Shown: positions 54,621 through 64,000, counted from the stretch's first letter. The stretch is 64,000 nt of DNA from Candidatus Nealsonbacteria bacterium (GCA_026396195.1 JAPLXH010000006.1:13784-77783); one strand, 5' to 3'. Notes: generated by a model from the letters alone, not told the origin. Translations and numbers: made by a program.

Positions 54621-54628
54621 AATCTTTG

Positions 54629-54913
54629 CTAAATTATTTTAAAAATTTTAAGCACCAATACAACAAAAAATATAATTACTGTTCCAATTACTATTCCAAC
54701 TAATCTGTCCCAGAATACTTCAAACCAAGGGTTATTAAGGTGGCGATCTTTCCATGTGTCTTTATTAATTAAACCAATTATAAAAATTAAGACGGATAAC
54801 CCTAAAATTATGAAATTATCAGTAACAGCGGCTATCGCACTCCCTATACCAAATAATATAATCCCAGGCACAAAGAAAAAAAGAGAACTAATGCCTTTTT
54901 TTTCTTGATTCAT
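54629..54913 (-). CDS. small membrane protein (94 aa, 3 TM)
   Basis: Hydrophobic segments. TAGAAT lies 8 nt upstream of the ATG. Confidence 0.6.
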   Translation of the reverse strand: MNQEKKGISSLFFFVPGIILFGIGSAIAAVTDNFIILGLSVLIFIIGLINKDTWKDRHLNNPWFEVFWDRLVGIVIGTVIIFFVVLVLKIFKII

Positions 54914-55076
54914 GTTCTTTTATTCTACCAAAAAATCGCCTCATTATCCAAACCGCCTCCCCGTATTGCAAAAAAGTCTGTAGATACTCCTCTGCTACCC
55001 CTTGAGTTTGAGGAGGTGTTGTATATTTAAATAAAAAATCGCTTTAATGGCGATAAATAAAAAAGCGACTCTATTT

Positions 55077-55535
55077 TTAGATGTCGCCGATGTCCTTTGT
55101 TTCGCATACTTCTAAAACTTTCAAAACTAATTTGCCTTGATCTTTTAGGTCTATTATTACCACTCCGATCGCCATTGTTGTCTTATTCAAAAAAAGAATT
55201 TCTGGTTTTTCTATAATAACCTTTATTCCTTCTAGGGTATTATAAGTATGGTAATAATTTATATCCCATATGATTACTTCTCCAGCATAAATTGACTTAT
55301 CTTCTCTTTCATCTGGAAGTTGTTCTATTGGAGTTATTTTTATTATCACTCTCCTAACTTTACCGCTATAATTCTCCATTTGAGACGGTTCTATTGATAT
55401 TGGTTTTTCTGATGCTTCGTAATAATTATAAAATGTAAAAGAGCCAAGAACTATTCCAAGTACCACAAAAAAAAGAATAACTCCTATTATCGCTGCATTT
55501 ATCGCTGATTCATTTTTGCTTTTTCCTTCTTTCAA
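55077..55535 (-). CDS. TM-anchored hypothetical protein
   Basis: TTG start preceded by GAGGAGG. N-terminal TM AAIIGVILFFVVLGIVLGSF. Confidence 0.6.
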   Translation of the reverse strand: MKEGKSKNESAINAAIIGVILFFVVLGIVLGSFTFYNYYEASEKPISIEPSQMENYSGKVRRVIIKITPIEQLPDEREDKSIYAGEVIIWDINYYHTYNTLEGIKVIIEKPEILFLNKTTMAIGVVIIDLKDQGKLVLKVLEVCETKDIGDI

Positions 55536-55707
55536 GTTTTAAACCTCCTCTATCTTTCTACCCTAAATCACTAATTTGTCAAGTCACAAAACCGCCTATT
55601 ATCCAAAGCGCATCCTCATGCTACTGAAATGTCTATGGCTTTATGTGAGGGAAAAACACAAAAACCCGAGGAACCGCTCGGGTTTTTGTTTGAATAAAGT
55701 AACCTAT

Positions 55708-56478
55708 TTAATCCTCGGTTGTTGTGCCATGGCCAGGAAAAGAAGCTTTAAAATCGCTTTTGGCTTTCTCCATAGCTATTTTGAAATCACTGATTGCTTT
55801 TTCAAAAGCTGCTTTTTTCGTAGCAATAAGTTGGTCTTTCACCTCTTTTGTCTTATCAATCTCCTTTCTTTCGCTTATAAATTTATCGCGAGCTGTTTTC
55901 AAATCATTGGTTAAATTCTGGCGAATGGTTGCCGGCAGGACGCCGCTGGCGCAATCCGTTGTTGCTTTGGTAATCGCAGCTTTTACCGCGCTTTCGTAAT
56001 TATCTCCCAAGGCATCAATAGATGCTTTTCTTGAAGCAATCGCCTGGTCAACTCCTGTTTTAAAATTCTGGATTGCCAGGTCTATCGCTAACCTTCTGGT
56101 TGAAATCGCGTCGTTTACCGCTTTCTTAAAATTTATAACCGCTTGTTTTTGTTCTTCAGTTTTGGCTTTTTCTTCCAATTTTACAAAATGTTCCTCCCGG
56201 TTAACGTCCCATTTATCCCGGACTTGCTCCAATTTCATTTCTCGATTGTCCCTCCTCTCCTCGAGCTTATTTGATATCTCGACGCGTTTAACTCCAAGTT
56301 TATCCCCAATGCCTGTAATTTTTTGGTCAATCTTTGAAGTAAGCGAGAGAATTTGGGAACAAAAATTTTTTAATTTTTGTTCCGCCGATTGATTGGCGTT
56401 TTGGGCTAAAATCATTGTTGGAAATAAAATAACGCCGACCAACAAAATCATTAATATTTTTTTAGAAGTCATTTTCAT
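55708..56478 (-). CDS. secreted all-helical/coiled-coil repeat protein
   Basis: MKMTSKKILMILLVGVILFPTMILAQNANQ signal, then Lys/Glu/Ala-rich helical repeats. The start is trimmed from the track's 56502. Confidence 0.65.
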   Translation of the reverse strand: MKMTSKKILMILLVGVILFPTMILAQNANQSAEQKLKNFCSQILSLTSKIDQKITGIGDKLGVKRVEISNKLEERRDNREMKLEQVRDKWDVNREEHFVKLEEKAKTEEQKQAVINFKKAVNDAISTRRLAIDLAIQNFKTGVDQAIASRKASIDALGDNYESAVKAAITKATTDCASGVLPATIRQNLTNDLKTARDKFISERKEIDKTKEVKDQLIATKKAAFEKAISDFKIAMEKAKSDFKASFPGHGTTTED

Positions 56479-56785
56479 TGATAGATTGACCAAAATCATC
56501 AACTTCCTGGCTGTCGGAATCTATCAAACTGGCGTCCCCTTCCAAATCCTTTGTCGCTAAATTTTCATCGTCCATTTCTTTTAATAGGGCATTAATAGTG
56601 TCGTCTACATTTCCGGTGGCCGGAATAACAGAAATTTCTTTTTCTTTAATCCATTGAATCGGTTGGGTTTCGCCCTTTAAAAGTTCTGCGATTTCCTGCT
56701 GAGTGAAAATATAGGAGAAAGTCAAACCCAAGATAACGACAACTGAACAAGCTACGAAAATTGAAAATGTTCTTTTTGAAATCAT
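56462..56785 (-). CDS. TM-anchored acidic protein (107 aa)
   Basis: MISKRTFSIFVACSVVVILGLTF... The ATG at 56785 is preferred to the track start at 56905. Confidence 0.55.
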   Translation of the reverse strand: MISKRTFSIFVACSVVVILGLTFSYIFTQQEIAELLKGETQPIQWIKEKEISVIPATGNVDDTINALLKEMDDENLATKDLEGDASLIDSDSQEVDDFGQSINENDF

Positions 56786-57046
56786 AAAAATTGTGATTTT
56801 GATTCTTTTTTTGTTAATAAAAAATCGACCTTTTCTATATATTATAATTATTTTAGCAAATTCAAATAAAACAAAAAAGAGGCAATTTTGCCTCATATTG
56901 TGCATTGTTTATCCCCGTTTACAAGATGACCGCCGAAACTATCGGTTTTTTTTATCATTTCCCGAACGTCCGGATCTTCTAAAAGCTTGCGAAGAGCTTC
57001 AAGTTTTGTTTTTTTGATTTTCTTTCTTTTTTTCAAACTATCCCTC

Positions 57047-57271
57047 CTATTGTATGCTGGCGCAAAAAACGTACTTGCAATTTGTGCAAAAAATCAACGG
57101 GTCCATCTCGCTATATTGAGATGTTCTTTTTAAGGTGCCTGACTTTTTACAATTGGGACATATTTCCATTTTGTCTTTGTCTGCTGGTATTTGTTTCTCC
57201 CAGATAATCTCGCCGTGTTGGGGTGTTTTTTTTAAAGTACTATGCTTATGAGGTTCTGTTTCATTTAACAT
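57047..57271 (-). CDS. small zinc-ribbon protein
   Basis: CPNCKKSG...CTNCKY. Confidence 0.5.
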   Translation of the reverse strand: MLNETEPHKHSTLKKTPQHGEIIWEKQIPADKDKMEICPNCKKSGTLKRTSQYSEMDPLIFCTNCKYVFCASIQ

Positions 57272-57335
57272 CTGTTCTCCTCCAGATAGAATTTATTCTC
57301 AAATTAAATTTTTGTCAAACTTATTTTATTTAAAT

Positions 57336-57872
57336 TCAAACCTTTTTGTACAGAAAAATATTATTTTCTTTTTTTATCGGTTCCCAGGTTGGAAAATGAA
57401 AATTATTTGAAACAATCCTTGCTTCTTGTTTAAGTTCTTTTTTTAATTTTTTTTCCAAACTCTTCATAATATAACCTATACCGTAAACCGTTACTGCGTC
57501 GTATTGGGAAAAATCTTCTTTCCAAAAATTCTTGCGATAAACAAAAGCTTTGCCTTCAAGTCCGGCTTTTTTGATATTTTTTTGAGCTAATTTTACCAAA
57601 AAGGGACTTATTTCAAATCCCGTAGCTAAGGCTCCGGCACTAGCTAAGGCAATAACCAATCTTCCGTCTCCGGCTCCAATATCCAAGGCTTTCTCTCCTT
57701 TTTTTATATTCAAAAGTTCAATCATTTTTTTAACTTTTTCTTCTTTAGTCGGGGCATAGAGCGCTCCCCAAAATAAAAAAGGGATAAGAGCCCTTAAAAA
57801 AAGAATCGTAATAAAAAATAAAATTAAAAACAAAAAAGATAAGCTAATAGAAACAATAAATAAAATGTTCAT
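57336..57872 (-). CDS. class I SAM-dependent methyltransferase with N-terminal TM segment
   Basis: Motif I ALDIGAGDGRLVIALA. Confidence 0.8.
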   Translation of the reverse strand: MNILFIVSISLSFLFLILFFITILFLRALIPFLFWGALYAPTKEEKVKKMIELLNIKKGEKALDIGAGDGRLVIALASAGALATGFEISPFLVKLAQKNIKKAGLEGKAFVYRKNFWKEDFSQYDAVTVYGIGYIMKSLEKKLKKELKQEARIVSNNFHFPTWEPIKKENNIFLYKKV

Positions 57873-57947
57873 ATGATTAATATTATAAATATTCTAACAC
57901 AAAGCCCGGCTGAATGTCTTGGCCGGACTTTTAAATTTTTAAACTTA

Positions 57948-58301
57948 TTAAATAGTTTGATCTATCCCCGGGAGTTGAGGCGCTTCAAACATTAAACATT
58001 TTTCGCCGTTAAAACATTTTTCGGGTTCACATTCGCAAATTTTAATTTCGTGACTGTTTTCCAATGAACAACCGCAAGCACCAATAGTGCACAAGTCGGG
58101 AAAATCGCCGGTTGATTTACAACAAGAAAAAAAACTCACCTTTCCGCCCGAATTAAGACAGGCTTTTTCTTTGCTCGACATCATCTTATTTTCAATTACC
58201 CTTTTTGCGCTCTCTGAATATTTCCCGGAATTTTTTAATAAAATAATACCGACTCCGACACAAATAAATAAAATTATTGCAATTAAAATTATTTTTTTCA
58301 T
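57948..58301 (-). CDS. small TM-anchored Cys-rich extracellular protein
   Basis: 14 Cys. The IGACGCSLENSHEIKICECEPEKC pattern resembles CGCACVSKDEKC..CKCVENKC in 27465..28232. Confidence 0.6.
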   Translation of the reverse strand: MKKIILIAIILFICVGVGIILLKNSGKYSESAKRVIENKMMSSKEKACLNSGGKVSFFSCCKSTGDFPDLCTIGACGCSLENSHEIKICECEPEKCFNGEKCLMFEAPQLPGIDQTI

Positions 58302-58438
58302 ATTTTTAAAATATTGATGGAAAACATTTTTTATTTTATGTTCCTATTTTAAATTTCTTTATAAAATTATACCATAAAAAATCTTTTTTGTCTTTAATGT
58401 TTTATTTAACAGTTACGAATGATAAAATGTTTTAAGGC

Positions 58439-60517
58439 ATGGATATGAAATTCTTAACCAAAAAAAGAAAACTTATAGGAATGCTTATAATTTCTTTTAT
58501 CTTTATTTTTTTAATTTTAGGTTTCAATCTGCAAAAAAATTTAGTCGACATCTGTCAAAATCAAGAATCAATAATTATAAAAGACAGAAAAGAGAAAGAA
58601 ATTTTTATCATTCCTAATCAAAAAAAATACTGGTCAATATATATGAATGAAGTTCCTGACAGGTTTAAGGAGCTTTTGTTGAAAAAAGAAGACAAATATT
58701 TTTATTATCACCTTGGGTTTAATCCTTGGAGCATCTCTCAAGCCTTATTGCATTACGTAGGAATCGGAGATCGCAAAGGTTCCAGCACGCTAACCCAGCA
58801 ATTGGTAAAAATATTATTAAAAAATGAATTTAAAAGAAGCTTAAAGAACAAAATCATTGAATCTTTGTATGTTTTAAACTTGGAAGCATATCAAAGCAAA
58901 GAAACTATTTTGAAAATGTATGTCAACTCCGTTTACTTTGGAAATCAAGCCCAAGGATTAAAAGAAGCCAGCCGGCTTTATTTTAATACCGACCCCGATT
59001 TACTAAGCGATGAACAAATATTGCAACTTCTGTCAACGATAAACAGTCCGACCCAAAACAATCCGGCTCAATTAAAAAATAATGAAGCGGCCTTGGCTTT
59101 AGCAAAAAAATTAAACTTTGATGAAAAAAATTTAATTTTTACGAACTATAAAAATGTGGAAAAAAATATGAATAATTATTCCCGTTTTAATAGCGCTTAT
59201 TTTGAAATCAAATCCTTTATTAATAATGAAAAAAATAATAACCAATTAACGATAGATCTCGATCTGACTGAAAAAACAAGGAATATTTTAGAAAGAAATA
59301 TCGAAGAACTAAAATTAAAAAATGTAAACCAGGGAGCCGTTATAATAATAAAACTTCCGGAAAACGAAATACTGGCATTAATCGGCTCAACCGACCCTAA
59401 CTCTTTTAACGAAGCCTCCCAAATAAACATGCTGCAGGAACCGAGACCTATCGGCTCAACCATTAAACCTTTTATTTACTTGAAAGCTTTTGAAAAAGAT
59501 TTGAGGCCTTATACTTTAGTTGACGACCGAGAATATAAATATATTACCGCTCTCGGCTTTCCTCTTTATCCCAAAAACTTTGATTATAAATACCGGGGGG
59601 AAGTCAGCCTCCATTATGCCTTATCCAACAGTTTAAACGTCCCTTCGGTTAAAGTATTGGAATACGTAGGTTTGGAAAATTTTTATAATTTTTTGGAAAA
59701 AGATTTGGAATTTAAACCCATCCAAAACCTGAATAATTATCAATTGGGAATCGCCTTAGGGGCCCTGGAAATGAATTTGTTCGATCTGTCCAGATATTTT
59801 ACTATTTTCCCGAACAAAGGAATATTAAAAGACCTTAAAATTTTTAGAAACAGCGAATCTTCTGAAAAAAATATAGCCCAAGAAAAATACGTTCAGTTAA
59901 TAAATAAAATCTTAAATGACAGAAAAACCAGTATTGAACAATTCGGCATGAAAAGCTGGTTAAATCTTTTTCAAGAAAATTACGCTTTAAAAACCGGCAC
60001 TTCCAGAGATTTCCGGGACAGCTGGGTAATTGGTTTTACTCCTGATTTTTTAGTGGGGGTATGGTTGGGAAACGCCGATAATTCGCCAATGGACGAAGTT
60101 TCCGGCCAGATGGGAGCCGGGAGAGTCTGGTCTCAAATAATGGATTTGCTTTTAAACTCCGAATATAACGAAAAAACTCCTTTTAATTTCGGTTTATTAA
60201 AGGAGTTTCGTAATCAAGAAAACAATATTGAATACGGCCTAGCAACAGACGATTACGATGCTAATCGATTAATTTTAAAAGAAAAAGATTTTTCAATAGT
60301 CCTCTCTCCTCACAATGGTGACGTTTTTCTTTTGGAAGAAAATACTAAAATATTTCTGAAAGCCAAAGAAAAGGTGAAATGGTCCATAAACAACGAATTT
60401 CTAGAAGAAAATCAAAACGCTCTTTTCTCCCCTCAAAAATCCGGCTTATATCAAATAAGCGCGGAGAACTCCAAGAATGAAAAAGAAAGCGTATATATTT
60501 TACTGAACTCTATATAA
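58439..60517 (+). CDS. pbpC: bifunctional penicillin-binding protein, PBP1C-like
   Basis: GT51 EDKYFYYHLGFN and GSSTLTQQLVK. Transpeptidase GSTIKPF (SxxK), SNSLN, KTGTS. The C-terminal beta-domain resembles the PBP1C C-terminal domain. Confidence 0.85.
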   Translation: MDMKFLTKKRKLIGMLIISFIFIFLILGFNLQKNLVDICQNQESIIIKDRKEKEIFIIPNQKKYWSIYMNEVPDRFKELLLKKEDKYFYYHLGFNPWSISQALLHYVGIGDRKGSSTLTQQLVKILLKNEFKRSLKNKIIESLYVLNLEAYQSKETILKMYVNSVYFGNQAQGLKEASRLYFNTDPDLLSDEQILQLLSTINSPTQNNPAQLKNNEAALALAKKLNFDEKNLIFTNYKNVEKNMNNYSRFNSAYFEIKSFINNEKNNNQLTIDLDLTEKTRNILERNIEELKLKNVNQGAVIIIKLPENEILALIGSTDPNSFNEASQINMLQEPRPIGSTIKPFIYLKAFEKDLRPYTLVDDREYKYITALGFPLYPKNFDYKYRGEVSLHYALSNSLNVPSVKVLEYVGLENFYNFLEKDLEFKPIQNLNNYQLGIALGALEMNLFDLSRYFTIFPNKGILKDLKIFRNSESSEKNIAQEKYVQLINKILNDRKTSIEQFGMKSWLNLFQENYALKTGTSRDFRDSWVIGFTPDFLVGVWLGNADNSPMDEVSGQMGAGRVWSQIMDLLLNSEYNEKTPFNFGLLKEFRNQENNIEYGLATDDYDANRLILKEKDFSIVLSPHNGDVFLLEENTKIFLKAKEKVKWSINNEFLEENQNALFSPQKSGLYQISAENSKNEKESVYILLNSI

Positions 60518-60532
60518 TTTGACGAAAAAAAC

Positions 60533-63500
60533 TTAATTTATCTCAAAATAACTGCCGGCTGTTCTTCCAAAATTCTCCGGAAAGTACATCTCGGAAACAA
60601 CTGCCGGTAAATGAGTAAATTTTCCCTTGATTAATGCCCGAACATAATAATCAAATTCATAAACTCCGGGATAAAGAGATTCTGAAAAAATAAAAGCCCT
60701 GTCATCGTGAATTTCTTTAAAAGTTGGGTAAAGTTCCCGGCCTTGCAATTCTTTTTCTTGAAGCAAAAGAGATTTCTGCTCGGTAGCCAAGTCCAAATTA
60801 ACAATTTCCATTCCTGCCGGGATAAAATCTTCGATAGCCACAAAATTTCTTACTTCCGGAACGATTATCTTCAGTCTGACCCTCAACACATCTCCTACCT
60901 TGGCAGAAGCCAAAGGATTTTCATTTTCTTTATCATCTGCCTCGTAGAATTCTCTTTCAATGCTGAATCCCTCGTCTCTGGGAGCGATCTGGTCGGCGGG
61001 TAAATAATATTTCAGATAAATATCGTAATAAAGATTGTTGGATAAATCGTTATTATTGGTTTTTAAAAAAGATATCGCATTGATTTCATTAAATTTCAAA
61101 TCTTTAAGCGGCTTTTCGTCTTTTAATTGGTCTAAAATTGTATCTGGCTTAAATTCAAAATTGTTTATTTTTTGGTCGTTAATCAACAATTCAAGAGTAA
61201 AATTTGATTCGGTTTCTCTTTTCCATTGGAGAAAATCAGTCAAAGCGTCTATTACCGTAACCGTATTGTTGGTTGACCCCCAAGCGCCGTCTTTTTGCCT
61301 GGAATTCAAAATCCATCTTAAAATTTTGTCCATAACGGGGCTATTGTTATTGTCGGCCACCAAAGCTTTCAAATAGAGAGCTGTGTTTTTAGTGGGAGTT
61401 TCATAATATCGCCAGAGAAAACTTTTTCCGCTTTTCAGGAAAGCGCCCCGGGAATCAATATCAATTTTATTGCTTAGAGTGTTAAAGACTTTGTCTTTCA
61501 AGTCTTTGTCAAATCCTTTGGTTAAAGAAATGGCTAAATAAGCCAGACTTGTATTGCTTATCTGTTCGTTAATAAATAAATCATCTTTTATTATGCCGGT
61601 TATTTGATTTTTAAAAAAACCGTCATCCTTAAAATTCGGCGACCTTGATAAAGTATAATAAGTGATAATAACTCTGTTTCTATAACTATTTTCATCTTCT
61701 GAATAAAACTTTTTTCTAATTTCGTTTTTAAGATAATTCAACGTTTTATCTAGGCTATTTTGATTAATCTTAAAATCAGCCGAAGCGAGATCTTGCAAGG
61801 TATCCGCTACGTGCAAGGTAAGATAAAAATCTGAATTGCCATTGGTCCAAAAAGAAAATCCGCCGTTAGATTTCTGATTATTGTAAAGCTTTGATAATCC
61901 CATGTCTACCGCTTCTTCAAGGGTATATTCTTTGTCGTCATATTTGATTTTTTCTAATTGGAATTTCTTATCAAAATTAGGCAAATTCAACCCCTTTTTA
62001 ATAATTGCGATTGAATCTAATTTGCTGGCAATTTGTTCTGAGCAACCGTAAGGAAATCCTAAGAGATAATTTAAAGCATCGGAAAGAAAAACGGCTAAAG
62101 TGGCGGAACTTCTTATTGAAATCTTGCCTTTATCTTTTATGATATTATCCGGTAAAAAAACGTATTCTTGGGTGGATTTACTGGCGGTATAATTGGAGGT
62201 AGCGGTCACTTCATAGGTATCGTTGCGAACAATTTTTATCGATTGCTCAACCGTATCTTCCAGGTTATTGCTTTTAGCTGAAAGAACAAATATATGCTGC
62301 CCTTCGTCGAATTGACTGCCTGCCTTAACTTTAAAATAAACAGTTTCACTCTTGCCCGGGTCAATTTTAATTTCTTTCAATCCTTGTTCTTCCATCAATG
62401 ATAAAGTCAAGCTTTCGAAAGTAACTTTTAAGTTTTGTTTTTCTTGGCTCTGATTAAAAATTTGGGCGCCTATATAAAAATCATCTCCGGGAACTATAAA
62501 TCTTGGTTTTAAAGGAACAACCATTAATTCTTTACGGCTTATAAATTCTTGATAGTCAATTCCGAGCTTCGTATCTTTCGTCAAACCCAGAGCCTCCACT
62601 TGCCAAGTCGTTAAATTGTCCGGAAGAGTGAATTTTACCTGAGCCTTGCCTTCTTTGTCCGTTGTTATTGTGGCTTCCCAAAAAGCGGTTTCCTTGAAAA
62701 TGCCCCTCTTTTTTACTGCTAAACTAGCCTCAGGGGCTCCACCTCCTCCTTTAGTGCTGGGAAGGTCTATTTCAGTAAGAATATTTTTAAGATTGGAGCT
62801 TGTTATGACGGTCAAGGGAAAACCGTCATAAAAAAAAGCAATGGGATTTTTTTTAGGATTGCCCTTAAGGGCGAGTACGCTCAGGTCGGTTACCGCTACC
62901 GATAATTCGCTGGAAACGGGATTCCCTTGAAAATCTTTTGCCAAAATATCAAGAGTTACATCCTCTCCCGGCAAATAATTTTTCTTATTGGAATTAACTT
63001 CAATGGTTAATTCTTTTTGTTTCGTGTTGACTTTAAATTCAAATTTTCCGAATTTTATTTCTGGTTGATTGGATTGCAATAAAACCGAAACGAAAACATT
63101 AGGCAAATATTCTTCTTTGACCGAAAAATTATAATTATAAAGATTACCCTGAATTTCTTTTATCTGATATTCGAAAATTTTTCCTCTTTCAATGGCAATT
63201 AATGCTTTGGATTTTTGATAAGGAGACTTGATTATTAAGCTTCCCTGCTCTCCGACATTAAGATCGGATTTATCTGACTCTAATTCTAATTGAGTATCTT
63301 GGGTCGGTTTAATATTGACCGTTCCCTCGCCATAAACATAAAGATTATAACTGCTAAAAATTAAATTATTTTTTTTATCTCTTGCTTTCACCTCTAATTG
63401 ATATTCGCCTTCCTTTTCAATCTGAAGCTCCTTGGAATAATTTCCGTTGTTGTCGGTATCTAAATAATATTCTTTAACCAAATCTCTCTTCTCTTCCCAT

Positions 63501-64000
63501 TGATAACCGTATCCTCCACCGGCTTCTTGTCTTTTTGAGTAGACCCAATCGGTTTTGTAAAGGCCGAGCGTTATATTATCTTTTTTAACTTCTTTTCCCT
63601 GAGTATCGACTGTTTTTATTTTAACGTTAAATTTTTCATTTTTGCCGAGAAATGATTTATCGGTTTTTAACCCGAGATAAAATTCTCCGGCATGGACAAT
63701 AATGGATTTTTGAGCCGAAATGCTTTGGCCCTGATTGTTTTTAACCGTAAGGTCGAAAACAATAATTTTACTTTTTCTCTGAGTTTCATCTTTAAATAAG
63801 CTCTCGAAATCTAACGGTTGAACTATAGTGGCTTTGCCCTGAGAATCAAGAGAAGCTTTTCCTCTTAAAATAAACCTGTCTCCGTAATAATAAGGCTCGT
63901 AGTACCAATTATAACGATAGGAATTAAAATTAAAGTACTCTTTGGCATATCTGTCGAAATAATAATTTTGGCTGGCAATTGTATATTCCACCTCTCCTCC
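60533..64000 (-). CDS. bacterial alpha-2-macroglobulin family protein (5' end beyond the window)
   Basis: Over 1150 aa of MG-like beta-sandwich repeats. The thioester motif GFPYGCSEQIA is intact. The frame is still open at the window end. Confidence 0.85.
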   Translation of the reverse strand, partial: GGEVEYTIASQNYYFDRYAKEYFNFNSYRYNWYYEPYYYGDRFILRGKASLDSQGKATIVQPLDFESLFKDETQRKSKIIVFDLTVKNNQGQSISAQKSIIVHAGEFYLGLKTDKSFLGKNEKFNVKIKTVDTQGKEVKKDNITLGLYKTDWVYSKRQEAGGGYGYQWEEKRDLVKEYYLDTDNNGNYSKELQIEKEGEYQLEVKARDKKNNLIFSSYNLYVYGEGTVNIKPTQDTQLELESDKSDLNVGEQGSLIIKSPYQKSKALIAIERGKIFEYQIKEIQGNLYNYNFSVKEEYLPNVFVSVLLQSNQPEIKFGKFEFKVNTKQKELTIEVNSNKKNYLPGEDVTLDILAKDFQGNPVSSELSVAVTDLSVLALKGNPKKNPIAFFYDGFPLTVITSSNLKNILTEIDLPSTKGGGGAPEASLAVKKRGIFKETAFWEATITTDKEGKAQVKFTLPDNLTTWQVEALGLTKDTKLGIDYQEFISRKELMVVPLKPRFIVPGDDFYIGAQIFNQSQEKQNLKVTFESLTLSLMEEQGLKEIKIDPGKSETVYFKVKAGSQFDEGQHIFVLSAKSNNLEDTVEQSIKIVRNDTYEVTATSNYTASKSTQEYVFLPDNIIKDKGKISIRSSATLAVFLSDALNYLLGFPYGCSEQIASKLDSIAIIKKGLNLPNFDKKFQLEKIKYDDKEYTLEEAVDMGLSKLYNNQKSNGGFSFWTNGNSDFYLTLHVADTLQDLASADFKINQNSLDKTLNYLKNEIRKKFYSEDENSYRNRVIITYYTLSRSPNFKDDGFFKNQITGIIKDDLFINEQISNTSLAYLAISLTKGFDKDLKDKVFNTLSNKIDIDSRGAFLKSGKSFLWRYYETPTKNTALYLKALVADNNNSPVMDKILRWILNSRQKDGAWGSTNNTVTVIDALTDFLQWKRETESNFTLELLINDQKINNFEFKPDTILDQLKDEKPLKDLKFNEINAISFLKTNNNDLSNNLYYDIYLKYYLPADQIAPRDEGFSIEREFYEADDKENENPLASAKVGDVLRVRLKIIVPEVRNFVAIEDFIPAGMEIVNLDLATEQKSLLLQEKELQGRELYPTFKEIHDDRAFIFSESLYPGVYEFDYYVRALIKGKFTHLPAVVSEMYFPENFGRTAGSYFEIN

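Overview
AT-rich, gene-dense window, coded almost entirely on the minus strand. By inference it is a Candidate Phyla Radiation (Patescibacteria/Parcubacteria-like) chromosome segment. The grounds are a str-S10-spc ribosomal superoperon with no L30 gene, many Lys/Glu-rich ribosomal-protein extensions, a short AlaRS, and many small TM-anchored or Cys-rich hypothetical proteins. The genetic code looks standard, since TGA terminates tpiA. Layout: (i) 1-31.9 kb is housekeeping. It holds alaS, tpiA, galT, a GT2, map-adk-secY, 24 r-protein genes, tuf, fusA, an M50 protease, rpmB, tRNA-Pro(GGG), a glycerol-1-phosphate-dehydrogenase-like gene, an atypical adenylate-kinase paralog, a ComEC-like MBL protein and a Trx/DsbD-like fusion. 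(ii) 32-48.2 kb is a visibly GC-richer cell-surface island, all on one strand. It holds a 1531-aa VWA/Cys-repeat adhesin, a SipW-type signal peptidase surrounded by five TasA/camelysin-fold proteins (four with SipW-cognate leaders), a 950-bp hairpin-dense spacer, and a leaderless sortase operon with a DUF11 surface protein. This island is my best candidate for an undescribed system: a TasA-like donor-strand fibre or attachment apparatus in a reduced CPR-type genome. (iii) 48.3-64 kb holds a divergently transcribed wHTH-GHKL(SpoIIAB/RsbW-like)-STAS-like fusion behind a triple direct repeat, pdaD, an RRM protein, uppP, mgtA, small membrane/secreted proteins, and a convergent PBP1C/alpha-2-macroglobulin pair. 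A dispersed family of GC-rich palindromic units (CCTGAG-N-TCGAAGG) litters intergenic regions, and two copies lie in-frame inside genes. Several genes appear leaderless (TAGAAT/TATAAT 6-11 nt before the ATG). All homology calls come from motif recognition by eye; no searches were run.
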